Of a stretch of DNA of 64,000 bases, positions 52,210-64,000 are shown one piece after another. Below the pieces are notes generated by a model, which ran no database searches, had not been told where the DNA came from, and saw only the letters and a program-made list of their open reading frames with translations. The translations under genes and the position numbers were made by a program. The stretch is taken from positions 620,001-684,000 of the forward strand of contig JBHGNT010000009.1 of NCBI GenBank assembly GCA_043228905.1, read 5' to 3'. Position 1 is the first letter of the stretch; every line of letters begins with the position of its first letter. The stretch comes from Azolla caroliniana. Lineage: Eukaryota; Plantae; Polypodiophyta.

Positions 52210-55184
52210 GTTATGGTAGTTTTGAGTGCTCAATCAAAATACTTGCCCTAGTCCACCGGTTTTCACTTTCCACAGAATTGGCTTCCGAAGGAGCCACCTA
52301 AAAGAATGGTAAATATTTGTAGCATTAGGGTCAATGGTGCACACAAGGAAACCTTAATGCTGTGGTGAGCGAAGAAGGTACTAAGAACAACTCAATGGTG
52401 GGAATGAGCATAAAGGAAACTCCCATTTTTGGCTTTCTAAGCATCATTGCAAGGAAACATGATAGGATCAAGTCTTATGCCATATCGCAAGTGCAAAACA
52501 GACATATTTTAATATTGATAAATACAAAAGAACACTATAAACATTTTGGAAGAGTTCTTCCTCGTTATAATGCCTCTCTCTCTAAGATTGATCATTTCAT
52601 AAATCTCGAGTTATAAGCCTAATCTATTGTGGTTATCTTAAGCTTGTAATTAGGTGTGGACCAATGGAAGTGTAATTGTGTTGGTGATTTCTCACCTTGG
52701 TGCTCTTGAATCAAATGCTCGATTTGTGGTAAAGTTTCACATAAATTAAGTATATAATTAATCTTATGTAAGTGATTAAGTTATAGAGTACCATTAAACT
52801 TTGCTTTTACTAGGTAGCTTATAGTAGCTTGAGAATGATTTACACTAACTCTCACTTATCTCACCCATAAAAGGGGTAAATGGTGAACGCCCTTGCATAC
52901 AAACCTTTGAGGTAGCTCAAGTAGAACATTTCAGTAAGAAATAGTTTTTGGCAAGAACATCAAAATGCACTAGAAATGGGAATATGACCTCAAGGGGCAA
53001 TATGGCAATGGCAGTGTCCTTGTTGAAGATCAAGCAAATGTTATTTGATATTCACTAACTTTATTCGTTATCATAAAGGGAAGTTGTGCTATTGTCAAAC
53101 AACATTCATTGACTTCATTCACAACCATCAGAGGAGGGGTCCATCGTGGTCATCAAGTGTTGGTTATGAACGTACAATGGCGGTGTTGGGCAATCCATTG
53201 CTCCACATGTGATTATGTTCACCCTCTCTCTCCACTATTCTGTACTTGGGAGTGTTATGCTTTGCAACTAATCTTTGTGTTACAAACATATTCTTCTTGA
53301 TGTTATAGAGATGGTGAATGAAGCGAGGTTGTGCCCCGTCATCCCCCTTCTTGTCTTACTTCATTGAATTCTTAGTTGGTCTTTAACTATTAGCATCCTT
53401 GTTCAAATACACACACTTGATGAGGCCATTGTCTTTGTATATTTACTATAATATATTATAGTTTTGATCTTATACTATCTGACATGTTCACAATTACAAG
53501 TGGTTGGTTAATGTTACAATATTACAATGTTCGACAAACAACTTGAACAATTTAAGAGATGCTTATACAAGGGAGGATTCTAGTATCATCTCATTACAAT
53601 GTGGTATTGTTGGGCACGTATTGTCAACTAAAAGGGCTTCCTTTATTGTGCATCCTCAAATCTTTTAGATATATTCCACTGAAGGGGGATAATATGTAAT
53701 CTTCTATTTCATAACACAAGGCAAATCACATCACTTTTATGACTTTTCCTTGTTTCTTATTTAGTTGATGATCCATATAGAACACCCAATTTGTCGTGTG
53801 ACCTTTATATTGCATATTAAAACAACCATGATGAACGAGACGAGGTCAACAAATATGATGATTCCACATGCATCTCATCTATAGCCTATACCTCATAAGA
53901 GAGTTTCAACCCAAAAGCCTTGAGTTGTTGATAGTCTAAATACTTTATCATTTCAATTGATAATCTAAATACTTTACTATAAAAAATAATAAAAAGAGGA
54001 ACTTTAATATCAACAAGAGATCAAAATATGAAAGAGAGATATATATAGTTGTTACCTAGTGGTTTCTCTATTAGTATAATTTTAAGACAATGAAGACAGA
54101 AGTCAAGGTCCAATGGGTTGACCATGAGGATAACAATATCTCTTTGAAGAGAAAGGAAGGGATAGCATTATAAAGAAAGGCTTGAACCTTCATATGATGA
54201 CAGAGAACGACAAGGAACCATGTTTAACAAACAATCTTAGAAAATAAAAATGCAATTTTTTTTCCTTCAAACATGATAGTAGTGTTTCAACCTACCCTTT
54301 TCCACCCAAGTTTGGGCAACACATTAATTATTTAGTCAAAAAGCCCTCCAATTGTTTCAAAATGACCAACAATTAAAACATTAGTTCTCCTTGCCAAGAA
54401 AACGAGCATAGTTGAACACCCATAAATACGGAATTACTTATTCAAAGCATAATTGAGAGCAAAACCATCATTTTGTATATGATTATCGCGCTAATTTTGT
54501 TCACGATGGAAGCTAAGACTAGTGAGCCTTTTCTCAAGAAGTAGCAGCACATTAAGCCGGGGGGGAGGGTCCACACCTTCCAATAGGCATAGCCATAAGT
54601 GTGTTGGTATTGACCAGACGCACAACTTTGCAAATCGAGGATACCTAGGAAAGGAGAACAATGGTAGTAGTTAGGGGGGCGGGGAATCCAAAGAAATCAC
54701 GAAAAAGCGAGTGGGACATGTCGGCATATTTTAGTGAGGGCTCCCGAGATTATGAAAGGTCCTTGCCGGTCGACCATCTTCTTGTCCGCCCCGACCATCT
54801 TTCTGTCCATCCGGCCGGCCGGCCGGCCAAAGATGGAAGGCCACCAAAAGCAAGGCAAAGCAAAGCAATCCCATCTTATCTGTTATCTTCAGTCTTGTCT
54901 GTCTGCATGTAAGCTAGTGTGATGAAGAAGGCCAAACATATGCGATAATAAGATTGTGATTATTGGAACCTCTCGCTTTTTCCATGGCTATGGCGGCACT
55001 GGCCCTTTTCCTCGCCTGCTGCCCCTCCTCCGCAAAACAAGAACAAAACGTTCGGAGTAAAGAAGAATGAGCAAAAGTGAAACAAAAAAAAAACAAAACA
55101 AAAAGGCGGTTTCTTCTTGGAACAGGGTAAGCTAAATCTAGTTCTTTGCACCTTGGTTTCGCGACAAGGGAAAGATCAGGACTT

Positions 55185-55192
55185 TAGGGTTT
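55185..55192. promoter_or_regulatory. Telo-box in the 5' region of the sucrase/ferredoxin-like gene
   Basis: TAGGGTTT about 235 nt upstream of the ATG, possibly inside a 5' UTR intron (donor GG|GTAAG at about 55127). Confidence 0.4.
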
Positions 55193-55426
55193 TCCCTTAT
55201 TTGTCAAGAGATTTGATATCTTTTCATTGACCCCCTGAGTCTTCTCGTATCTTCTTTAACAAAGAGAAAGATTGAGTTGAAAGAAAGAACAGTAGATTAA
55301 TCTATCTGAAAGAAGCTGTCATAACCTAACAGAGAGAACAACTTCTTGCATTAGCTCATTAAAGTCAGAAGAACCGGAAGAAAGACCAGAGAAACAAAGA
55401 GAAAGTTAATATCCGTATTTTGTTGT

Positions 55427-57742
55427 ATGGCCTCTCCGTCTTCACCATATTGGGAAGGAAGCTGTAGCGTGGGTTACCTTGGATCTATTAGTAGTAGTAG
55501 TAGTAGTAGTAGCGGTGGTAGCTCAGAGGGACATGGATCTAGATCTGGAAGCCTAGATAGACATGGATCTATTTTAAGTACAACTGGTGATTATAATAGG
55601 TTTTCTTGGACATGTCTTTCGGAAATAGGGGAGGCACCCATCTACCCTAGTATCCATCGTGAAGGATTTGAGGATATTATTATTGATACCCAAGGTGGTA
55701 CTAAGTCACGTGAGCGCCATGTATTCCTATGTTTCAAAGAGCCTCTGCACTGGCCCTCTACTGGAAAACCTTTGTTCAGCTCAGATCGCCTCCCCCGCGT
55801 TCTGACTGCTGCTGTCAATCTCAAGAAGGATGAAATGACTATGAAGGTAAGACAATTAAGTGTTATCTCAATTTTCCTTTTCCTTTTCCTCAAGGTCTTG
55901 TGTTATGATTATTTTTTGCAAAATGAAACCAGACATAATCAAGGGCATCGTATGAGAAGAATTAGTTCACAGTGAAATGAATTACTTTGCAGTTGAATTT
56001 ACTTTTTTGCTTATATTTGACGAGAATTTACTCAAATTTTGTGTAAGAATTAATAGCTCAAAAGGAGGTGTATTATAATAGCCCATCATTTGAGAAGAAT
56101 TTGCCCAAAATTAAATGAACTGTAATGGGTACCATTTGAAAGGATCTTCCTCAAAATGAAGCTAAATGAAGTGGGTATCAATTTGAGAAGAATTTGCGCG
56201 AACTGAGATGTATTATGATTGGCCAACATTTGAAAGAATTTGAACAAAAGGAAATGAAACTGTGGTGAGGATCATTGGAGAAAATTTACCTTCAAATGAA
56301 AAGAATTGTTGAGGGCATCATCAGATAAGAGTTACTTTAAAATGAAAAGAATCAATCTAAAAGGAAACAAATTGTGTCGGACATCAGTTGGTGAGAAATG
56401 CTGAAAGTGAAATGGGTTGTTTTAGGAACCATTTGACAAGAATCAATTCAAAATGAAATCCTCATTAATCTAGAGAATGATCCAGCATGGGGTTGTGAAA
56501 ATGTTATTGGAGTCATTTTTTGCAGCTTGATTCCTTATTGCATTAGTTCTGTTTCAACAATGTGTACAAAAAGCAGACCCAGCTTATTATTTGTGAAGGC
56601 CGTGATGGTACAGAATCATCAAACGGTGATGTGATGATATTTCCCGATATGATCCGATACAGGTATGTATATAGCTCGTTTAGAGTCTCCTGATACTTGT
56701 ATACATCTTGTTTTCCCACTTTACAAAGGAAGGGTTTTTGTCATATTTTGTAGGGGGTTGACTCACTTCGATGTGGATGCATTTGTGGATGAGGTACTAA
56801 TTCGTCACCAAGAATGGCTACCTGGAAGGCCAGAAAGGCTATTTGGGACTCATATCTTTGTGTACACTCAGGGGAACCCTTCATGGTCTTCCATAATACA
56901 AACAACCCAAGAATATATTGCTCAAAAAGATCTTGGCTCTTCTGTTTGTGTAAAGCCTTGCACGTATATTGATGGCCAGAACAAATATGCAATTAGTTTG
57001 ATTACATATGGTCTCAATTCAGGTGGTGAAGTATTGGGACATTGGTAAGTAAATTTGAAGAGTTATACACATGGTGGGAATTTTTTTGCTGTTCCTGTAA
57101 TACCCTTTTATCCCTTGAGTGTAATGCAGCTATGGATCTGTAACACCAGAAAATATTCCAAGTGTAATGGAAGATTTACATGAAAAGGGTTATTTTCTCT
57201 CCAGTTACAGGTTAGTATCATTTTTGATGCTTTGAAGTTTTCTGAGTAAGACCAGTTAGAATTTTAGGGCCTACCAGTTTGAAATGTTTATTAAGGGAAC
57301 AAAACTCAACAAGAAAATTTAAAATTCAACGAAATTCTATATATTTGCTGTATATCCTTGTTAATGAAAAGGAAACCTATCCACGTAGTTAAACACTGTT
57401 TTTCCGAGCATGGTCTAGGTGCTGAACATTGATATGGATCCTTTTGTGGATTTTGACAGGCATCCAGAAATGCTAGAGTCTGGCTTAAAACAAACTGTCC
57501 AAAAGTCCTTAGATCATTCTCAAAGTGTCAGAAAATATGCACAAGGACGCTGTCCCGGAAAAGCTAGAGCCAGTGATAATGATGCCCACAAACTTAATAA
57601 TGAGTTGGCACAAAGATTTTATACAAGTTCTAGGTGGCATTTCTGGGAAAAAGATGACACCTTGGCTGCATTGGTAGTCATGGGTGCGGTTGCATCAGTT
57701 GCAGTAGCAAGTCGTCTCTATTGGAGACATAATTGGCATTGA
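55427..57742 (+). CDS. Sucrase/ferredoxin-like (Aim32/Apd1-type thioredoxin-like ferredoxin) protein with C-terminal TM, lacking Fe-S ligands; about 386 aa, 5 exons
   Basis: Exons 55427-55846, 56577-56662, 56754-57044, 57130-57210, 57460-57742, in frame and GT-AG. Family motifs ERHVFLCFK, DRLPRVL, ICEGRDGTESSNGDVMIFPDMIRYR, LTHFDVDAFVDEVL, GH.YG.VTPE, WEKDDTLAALVVMGAVASVAVA. Confidence 0.9.
55935..56460. repeat. Degenerate minisatellite (about 46-47 bp) in intron 1
   Basis: Recurrent ATTTGAGAAGAATTT...AAATGAA units starting at about 56088, 56134, 56181, 56228, 56274 and 56320. Confidence 0.7.
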
Positions 57743-58871
57743 CTTACCTCTCATTTCTTATATGGTAAGACCTCACGATTGTCATCCCACCTTGTAATCG
57801 TCTTGTTTATACGAGTGATGGACTAGAAAGTGAAAAACCCAATGTATATTCGATAAAGTCTTGATGTATAATACCCCCCTCTAAATACCTCCATATATGT
57901 AAATGTAACCTACAGGTTGAACCCGATTCTTGTTAATTGTATACCATTGATTTGACACATCAATTTCATAATGTCTCTGTTATGTAAAATGTTACCTATT
58001 CTGTATATGTAAATGTAAACTCATCTCGGAATTCAAATACTTGTTAATTGTATATGTCAGTTATCAAGCGATATAAGCATAGGGTTTAGGATTTAAGGTT
58101 TTTACTGGATATTTTCTACTAAAGTTACCCCTACGTTTTAATTGAAATTGATCTAACACTGTTAATTAGAGATTTGTGGGTGCACAGTTTCCAAATTAAA
58201 AAAAGGGCAATGATATCAACAGTAGTAATTAAATTGTATTTGCAAGCATTAAAGTGGTAACCCCAAACCCTTCATTAATTTGAGGATATATGGTCTTTCG
58301 TGAGCAACTGGGACAGTATTGTGGTGCCCTTGTTGCCTGAGAACAATGCATAATATTATGTTTCATGGCTGTGTGAATATATTTGTAGATTATGTGGCCA
58401 TTGTTGTGTTCGTGGATCATGGTAGTAAATATTATATTTCAAGATTGCATCCTATGTTACACATGCAATCTTTGTTGCCATGATGTGCCATATTTTTCAT
58501 GACCAAGGTGTACAATACTATGTTTAATGGCCATGATTATATTTGTGGATTATGTGGCCAATATTGCATTCGTGGATTTGTGGACAATATTATGTTTCAA
58601 GATTGTATCCTATGTTATATTTTTGTGGATTATGGCTAATGTTATATTTATGGATTATAGTTTATATTAGACATGTCAAAAGTCATGAGTTTATGATGTG
58701 TTATGTTGTGATTTTCTTTCTTTCTTTATATTTTTGTAGTCACTATCACAATCTCTCTTTTGCTATATGCATAAGAATGTCATGATTTGAAGCTTCCAGT
58801 TAGAGAGTAGCATTTGGACACAATTTGTTAAAACTTTCATATTTGTAAAGGGATTGCATAGCCCCAAGTTC

Positions 58872-59064
58872 CATAGTATGAACCATACATGCATTCAAAT
58901 TCGAGTATGGTAAATACCATACTTTTGTATTCATTATTTATTATAAGGTAAATTTATTTTAAAGGTAAGAAAGTTAAGGTGAAAAGTGTAAAAATAAAAC
59001 ATAAGAATGTTTTGAAAAATAATGTTTGCCAATGCATTCAAGTATGAGTATATTACTTACTGTG
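58872..59064 (+). mobile_element. hAT-like MITE, copy 3
   Basis: CATAGTATGAACCATA...TACTGTG; flanks gccccaag/gccccaac, the left one offset by 3 nt. Confidence 0.65.
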
Positions 59065-60559
59065 GCCCCAACAAATAATGACTTTGAGGGTTGCTTATTA
59101 ATGACTTTTTGTACAATTGTAAAGAGTATCTATCACATGTCTATGGCCTTTTGTTGTAACATATTGGTAGGGCTTATATAGGGCTATTAGTTTTTCCCGT
59201 TTTGCTTGGTTAGGGACCTAAGATTTGAGTTGAAGTGTTGACGACATGGGTATAAGAATGCTCGGTGGCACATTAGCAACTAATGGCTATTGTGGTAGTT
59301 ATTGTCATACCAACTACAATGTTTCCACTCTACTACCACCCATGCCAATCATAAACTTGGTATACCTAATGTTTGGATGGCACAACAATGTCAACATGCT
59401 TCTTCTTGTCTTACATTCAATGCAAGTCCTAGAGGACCTCTTTTTGAAAGTAGAAATCAAGAGCTAGTTTACCACCCACCCACGTCTTCTATAACATGCA
59501 TACACTCATATATGGAAATGTGTTATCTTCTCCCTCTACATATAGGGTTTAGGGTGGGGTGGCATGTCAAATTTGGAGAAGGGTGGGGATAACAATTGTC
59601 CTATGACCTAGGACATGGCGAGGTCAACCTGAAGGTGGTCGAGGGATGGGCAATAGCAATTGAGAATGGACATATTAAGGTACGGAAAGGGTCGGGCGGT
59701 AGCAATCTACAAAGGAGGATGAGGAGGATGGGGGTGGGGTGGCATGTCAAATTTGGAGAAGGATGGGGATGGGGGGCATGCCAAGGGGGTGGGAGTTACG
59801 AAGAGGAGGAGAAGTATGAAGAGTAGAAGTGGTAGTGGTGTTTTTTGGGTTTCTTCACACCTCTAAAGCTTTTTCATCCCAAACCGGCTCACAAACCGGT
59901 TTAAGCCAAACCGGTTCGGTTTAGGTTTGAGAACCCCAAAACAGTTTAGGCTTAACCAGCTTGGATAAGGCCAAACCAGTTAAGCCTAAACCTTTGTATA
60001 AGAACATTCTCATGTTTTTATCTTACACATACTTTTTCCACATATGAAACCACCTTTGAGCGATTTGCTAAAAAAATCAACAATTCCATATCTCAAAACT
60101 AGTAACACAATGGGAAAAATCAACAGACTAGATGCATACAATCATTATGGAGTTCCATATCTTCTCCCTCTATTATAGCATGACATCTCTTCTACATAAG
60201 AACAACCTCATGTTTTTGTCTTATACATGCCTTTTCCACCAATACGGCCTTTGAGAGATTAGCAAAGAAAAAGGATGGTGACATATCTCAGAATTTGTAG
60301 CTTGGATGGTTTCCACATTCCCTTTAAAAAATGAAAAAAACAGGCATTTCACACGCACATCAGTACACATTCGTAATTGGGCTTAAACCTGAGAAATATA
60401 TAGTGATGTAGTACGCTACACACCATCCAACTGCAAACAAAAAATGACACAAACATGACTATTCCAAGAAAAACCCCAATTGTCAAAATGGAAAAAATTT
60501 GAGAGGTTTATGGCATACGCTATACAAGTTGAAGTTCACTTACATGCATTTGTGCAACA

Positions 60560-62645
60560 TTTGTTTTTTGTTTTTTTTTTCCAAAAAAAACTCCTTCCAT
60601 TAGTTATAAAATTTTACATATGAGATTAATATATACAAATCCCTATAGGGACGCGATAGGTCCATCTTATGTGGATGCCCACAGACTCAATAAAGGGGGA
60701 GGTCGACCATTGCTGGATGAAGGCTAGTCATTGTCTTTCAACTCCATCGGAGTCGCCCTTGAGGCCATCATATTGGTTTTTTAGAGTGGCTACAACTTCA
60801 CTCCATATCTCTTGCATTAATACTATTGGTTGCGCGATTTGGTGGGAGAAGACTTGTCTACACTGTTGTTTCCATAAAGTCCAAAGAGTTATTGGGCTGA
60901 CCAATTCCAACACCACTTGAGATTTGGCATTGATAGGAGTTGAGTGGGCATTGTCGATGGTGGAGAAAAAAATCTCTTGTGCTTTTATCACTAAAACCAT
61001 CCCCCCCTGATGCTCATATTTGCCAATTGGGGCCTGCCATGATAGCCAACATATATTTCCCCACTTAATTAAGCCTTGCACTTGGCATAATTGCAATAAG
61101 TGGCCAACCCCCTGCCATATTCAATGGGACTCTGGGCAGTCCCACAAAGCGTGTCGGATTGATTCTATTGCATTTGGGCACGCTACACAATTAGGAGAGC
61201 TAAGGTTCCCATGCTGCCATGCACCAACTAGTAGTGACCTATGTATTATTAGCCATTGGAAGGTGGTGATTCGTCGTGTGTGTTGTTGTTTCTAGATTTT
61301 TTTTCAAAACTTGGTGATAATTGTGTGAGGAACATGATGTGTGCCAGACCTTTGCAGCAGCCGGTTCTCGGGCGGTTTGAGCAACTAGAATATGGCGACC
61401 CAATCTAGTTGTGAATTGGAAGAAAGGGATAGGTTTGCTTACTTGCCCCGCGTAAGGATCATGCCATGTCCATTGCAAAGGGTCCAAACTAACCTTATGT
61501 CGCCATGTGTTTTCGTGAGTACATATGTGCCAATCTGGTTGTACTTTGATAGGATCAGGATCTACAATCCATTTATGCCTAATATACGTTAGTACTTGAA
61601 TTGCCTTATTCTATGTTGGTGTCTCGTTGTCTTGCAATTCAAAGCTTGCGATCCTGTCTAGTGTTTCCCTACCTCTTGGGATCAAAGAGCCTTCCTCCTC
61701 GTAGCCTATCCATTTCTCTATTGTTGTCTTTTGCTTAGCAGCTTCCCTAATCAATAAAGCGTTAATGATTTCAGATCTCATAGCCCATCCACCCTTGATT
61801 CCATGAAGTATGTTGGCTTGGTCTTGTATTGGAAATGACATAAATCCGTCTCCAACATTCTATACTTTTTCCTGGACCTTCCGCAATGTATCCCCATGAC
61901 AACCGTTACTTGATCCAATTAGTTGATTAGATTCATCTCTGATACATGGGTTCCATAGGATACGTTGACTGAGCCAAGCAAGTTCAGAGTTTGGTTGATC
62001 GCACTTGAGCCCTCGTCTAATGTCACACCATGCCTTTCACATGGATGTTTTGAATCTATCCTCCAATTGGAGGGAGAAACTAGGTTTGAGCTCCATGTTT
62101 AGAATCCATTCAGTTTGGGGGTCCCAATTGGCCCCTTTTTTTGGCTTAAAGTAAGCGAAACGTAACCGCAACAACATTTTCCAGCAATCATTCCCTGGTT
62201 GGAGTCCTCGCACCACAAATTTGGCGAGTAGGGCTTTTGATTGTGAGAGGGGATCAATAAGACCCAATCCTTCTCTCGACTTAGGTGATGTGAGTATAGG
62301 CCACGCCACCTTGGCCCGAGTTGCATGATCTTCCTTACCAGACCAAATGTAGTTGCGTACCAATCGCCGAATCTGGTGTATACTTTCCTTGGAAATTGTC
62401 CAACATGTTGTTCCGCTAACGAGAGTTTTTTCAAACTCCAATGTATCAACTTTTGTCGAATGGAGTGAATAACTGGTGCAATCATAGTCTCTGGAGGTAT
62501 GTTGAACCCAATTTGGAAACCCAAATATTTGGTGCTCGCTCCTTGATTGATCCACTTGAACGCGGGATGGGGGTGCCATGCAGGATGTGCTTTAGGAGAA
62601 AGCCATTTGTGCAACATTTTAGTGTATTGCACCAATTCCTTTGTA
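60560..62645 (-). mobile_element. 5'-truncated LINE (L1-like) with RT C-terminus and zf-RVT
   Basis: KYLGFQIG, LVRNYIWSG, KVAWPILTSPKSREGLGL, CVACPNAIESIRHALWDCP, LWTLWKQQC; frameshifted; poly(A)-like tail at about 60560-60590. Confidence 0.88.
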
Positions 62646-62803
62646 AAATAAATTAGAATAACTTAACCTCGTCTTATCAATATGTTTATTTTGATGCATC
62701 ATTTTGAGGATGTTTTATACCTTTGCCAATTTTTATCTTAGCTTACAAATGTCGGCAAGTTTCAAGAAAAGAAGAATGAATCCAGGGCTATCACATTGGC
62801 AGC

Positions 62804-63555
62804 GATCAAATTGAATAAACATGAGCAGCATTGAAATACATAAAGAGGATGGTAATTCTTCTTCTTCGACATAGTAACAAATTAAATGTCTAGGTCCATG
62901 CTACCGAACCAATAAAGTTCTGAAATAAAAAAAGAAAAAGAAAAGGACATGAGACATTAAAGTGGGATAATGTGTATAGTGTTGCATGAAACATTGAAAT
63001 ACTTCATATATGCACATGTATATGTATATGTATATGTATTCACGCACGTGTATAAAAGAAACAATAGAATAAAGTGCCTATGTGAGATTTTTAGATCGGT
63101 AATACTTATTAAACCATTTCACAAACGAAAGTGCTAGAGGCAAGCAAATAACTGTGTTGAGAATCTAAATCTAGGTGTCATCTTAATAATGTTGATCGAA
63201 TTGAATAAACATGAGCAGCATTGAAATACATAAAGAGGATGGTAATTCTTCTTATTCGACATAGTAACAAATTAAATGTCTAGGTCCATGCTACCGAACC
63301 AATAAAGTTCTGAAATTAAAAAGAAAAAGAAAAAGACACGAGACATTAAAGTGGGATAATGTGTATAGTGTTGCATGAAACATTTAAATACTTGATATAT
63401 ACATTTATGTCTAACAATAGAATAAGGGGCCTATGTGAAATTTTTGGATCAGTAATTACTATACCATTTCACAAATGAAAGTGCTAGAGGCAAGCAAATA
63501 ATTGTGTTGAAATTTGAAAATCTAAATCTAGGTGTCATCTCAATAAGGTTGATCA
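62804..63555. repeat. Tandem duplication, unit about 390 bp
   Basis: GATCrAATTGAATAAACATGAGCAGC...CTAGGTGTCATCT repeated from 62804 and 63194. Confidence 0.9.
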
Positions 63556-64000
63556 GTTTGTACATACTTACCATCTTGCAGTGGAAATAGCTCATCAGAA
63601 TGTTAATAGTCTTTAGATTAATGTTAAGATTGAGATGCAAACGGCAAACGTGGAGGGTGCACTGATGTGTGTGCTACTTGATCAAATTGTGTTGTAGCGA
63701 AAGTCGTTGCTCTTAACTAGAGAGAGAGGGGAGCGTTTTTTAGCTTTCTTAAAAGAACAATGATTGATTCATAGATAAAAGTAGTTATAGGGGTTAATAG
63801 TGGTTGGAAATGCAATGCTACGTGCTTTACAATAATGTTAGTTATTAAGGGCATGTCTTATTTGTCTAATGTGAGAAGCGGGGTGGGCGTGATTTGACTC
63901 AAAGATGTGAACGTGAATAACTTGTCTCTCAAGTCAATAGTATAAAGTTAATAATAGCAACTCCTCATCTTCTAAGTCTTAAGAGACATTAAGATGAAAG

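Noticed and set aside
51448-52301. Basic ORFs after element C RNaseH as an extra retroelement gene
   Set aside because: Purine-rich 3' UTR and LTR sequence of a decayed element; no motif.
56665-56753. ORF-track start MYIARLESPD as a separate gene
   Set aside because: It is intron 2 of the ferredoxin-like gene (AG|GTATGT...TTTTGTAG|G).

Overview
Eukaryotic land-plant nuclear DNA, AT-rich with short GT-AG introns and a 100-N scaffold gap at 43370-43469. A non-seed vascular plant such as a fern is my inference. Five spliced host genes were reconstructed by hand: RPL36a/eL42 (minus, 5 exons), bifunctional thiamine enzyme TH1 (minus, 10 exons), a small conserved 'SAFFASLxRCSC' protein (minus, start unresolved), a class-B auxin response factor with a tasiR-ARF target site (minus, 13 exons), and a sucrase/ferredoxin-like (Aim32/Apd1-type) gene (plus, 5 exons). 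That last gene has an intact reading frame but has lost all four [2Fe-2S] ligands. The middle of the window (about 32.6-52.2 kb) is a nest of Ty1/Copia elements, where one very young family with about 294-bp LTRs inserted repeatedly into older Copias. One apparently intact copy lacks a target-site duplication and looks like an inter-element recombinant. Also present are a deleted Gypsy with a tRNA-Ala-type PBS, LINE 3' fragments, a hAT-like MITE family, a long-TIR element, a tRNA-Asp-derived head, tandem duplications and microsatellites. All family assignments come from recalled motifs, not database searches.
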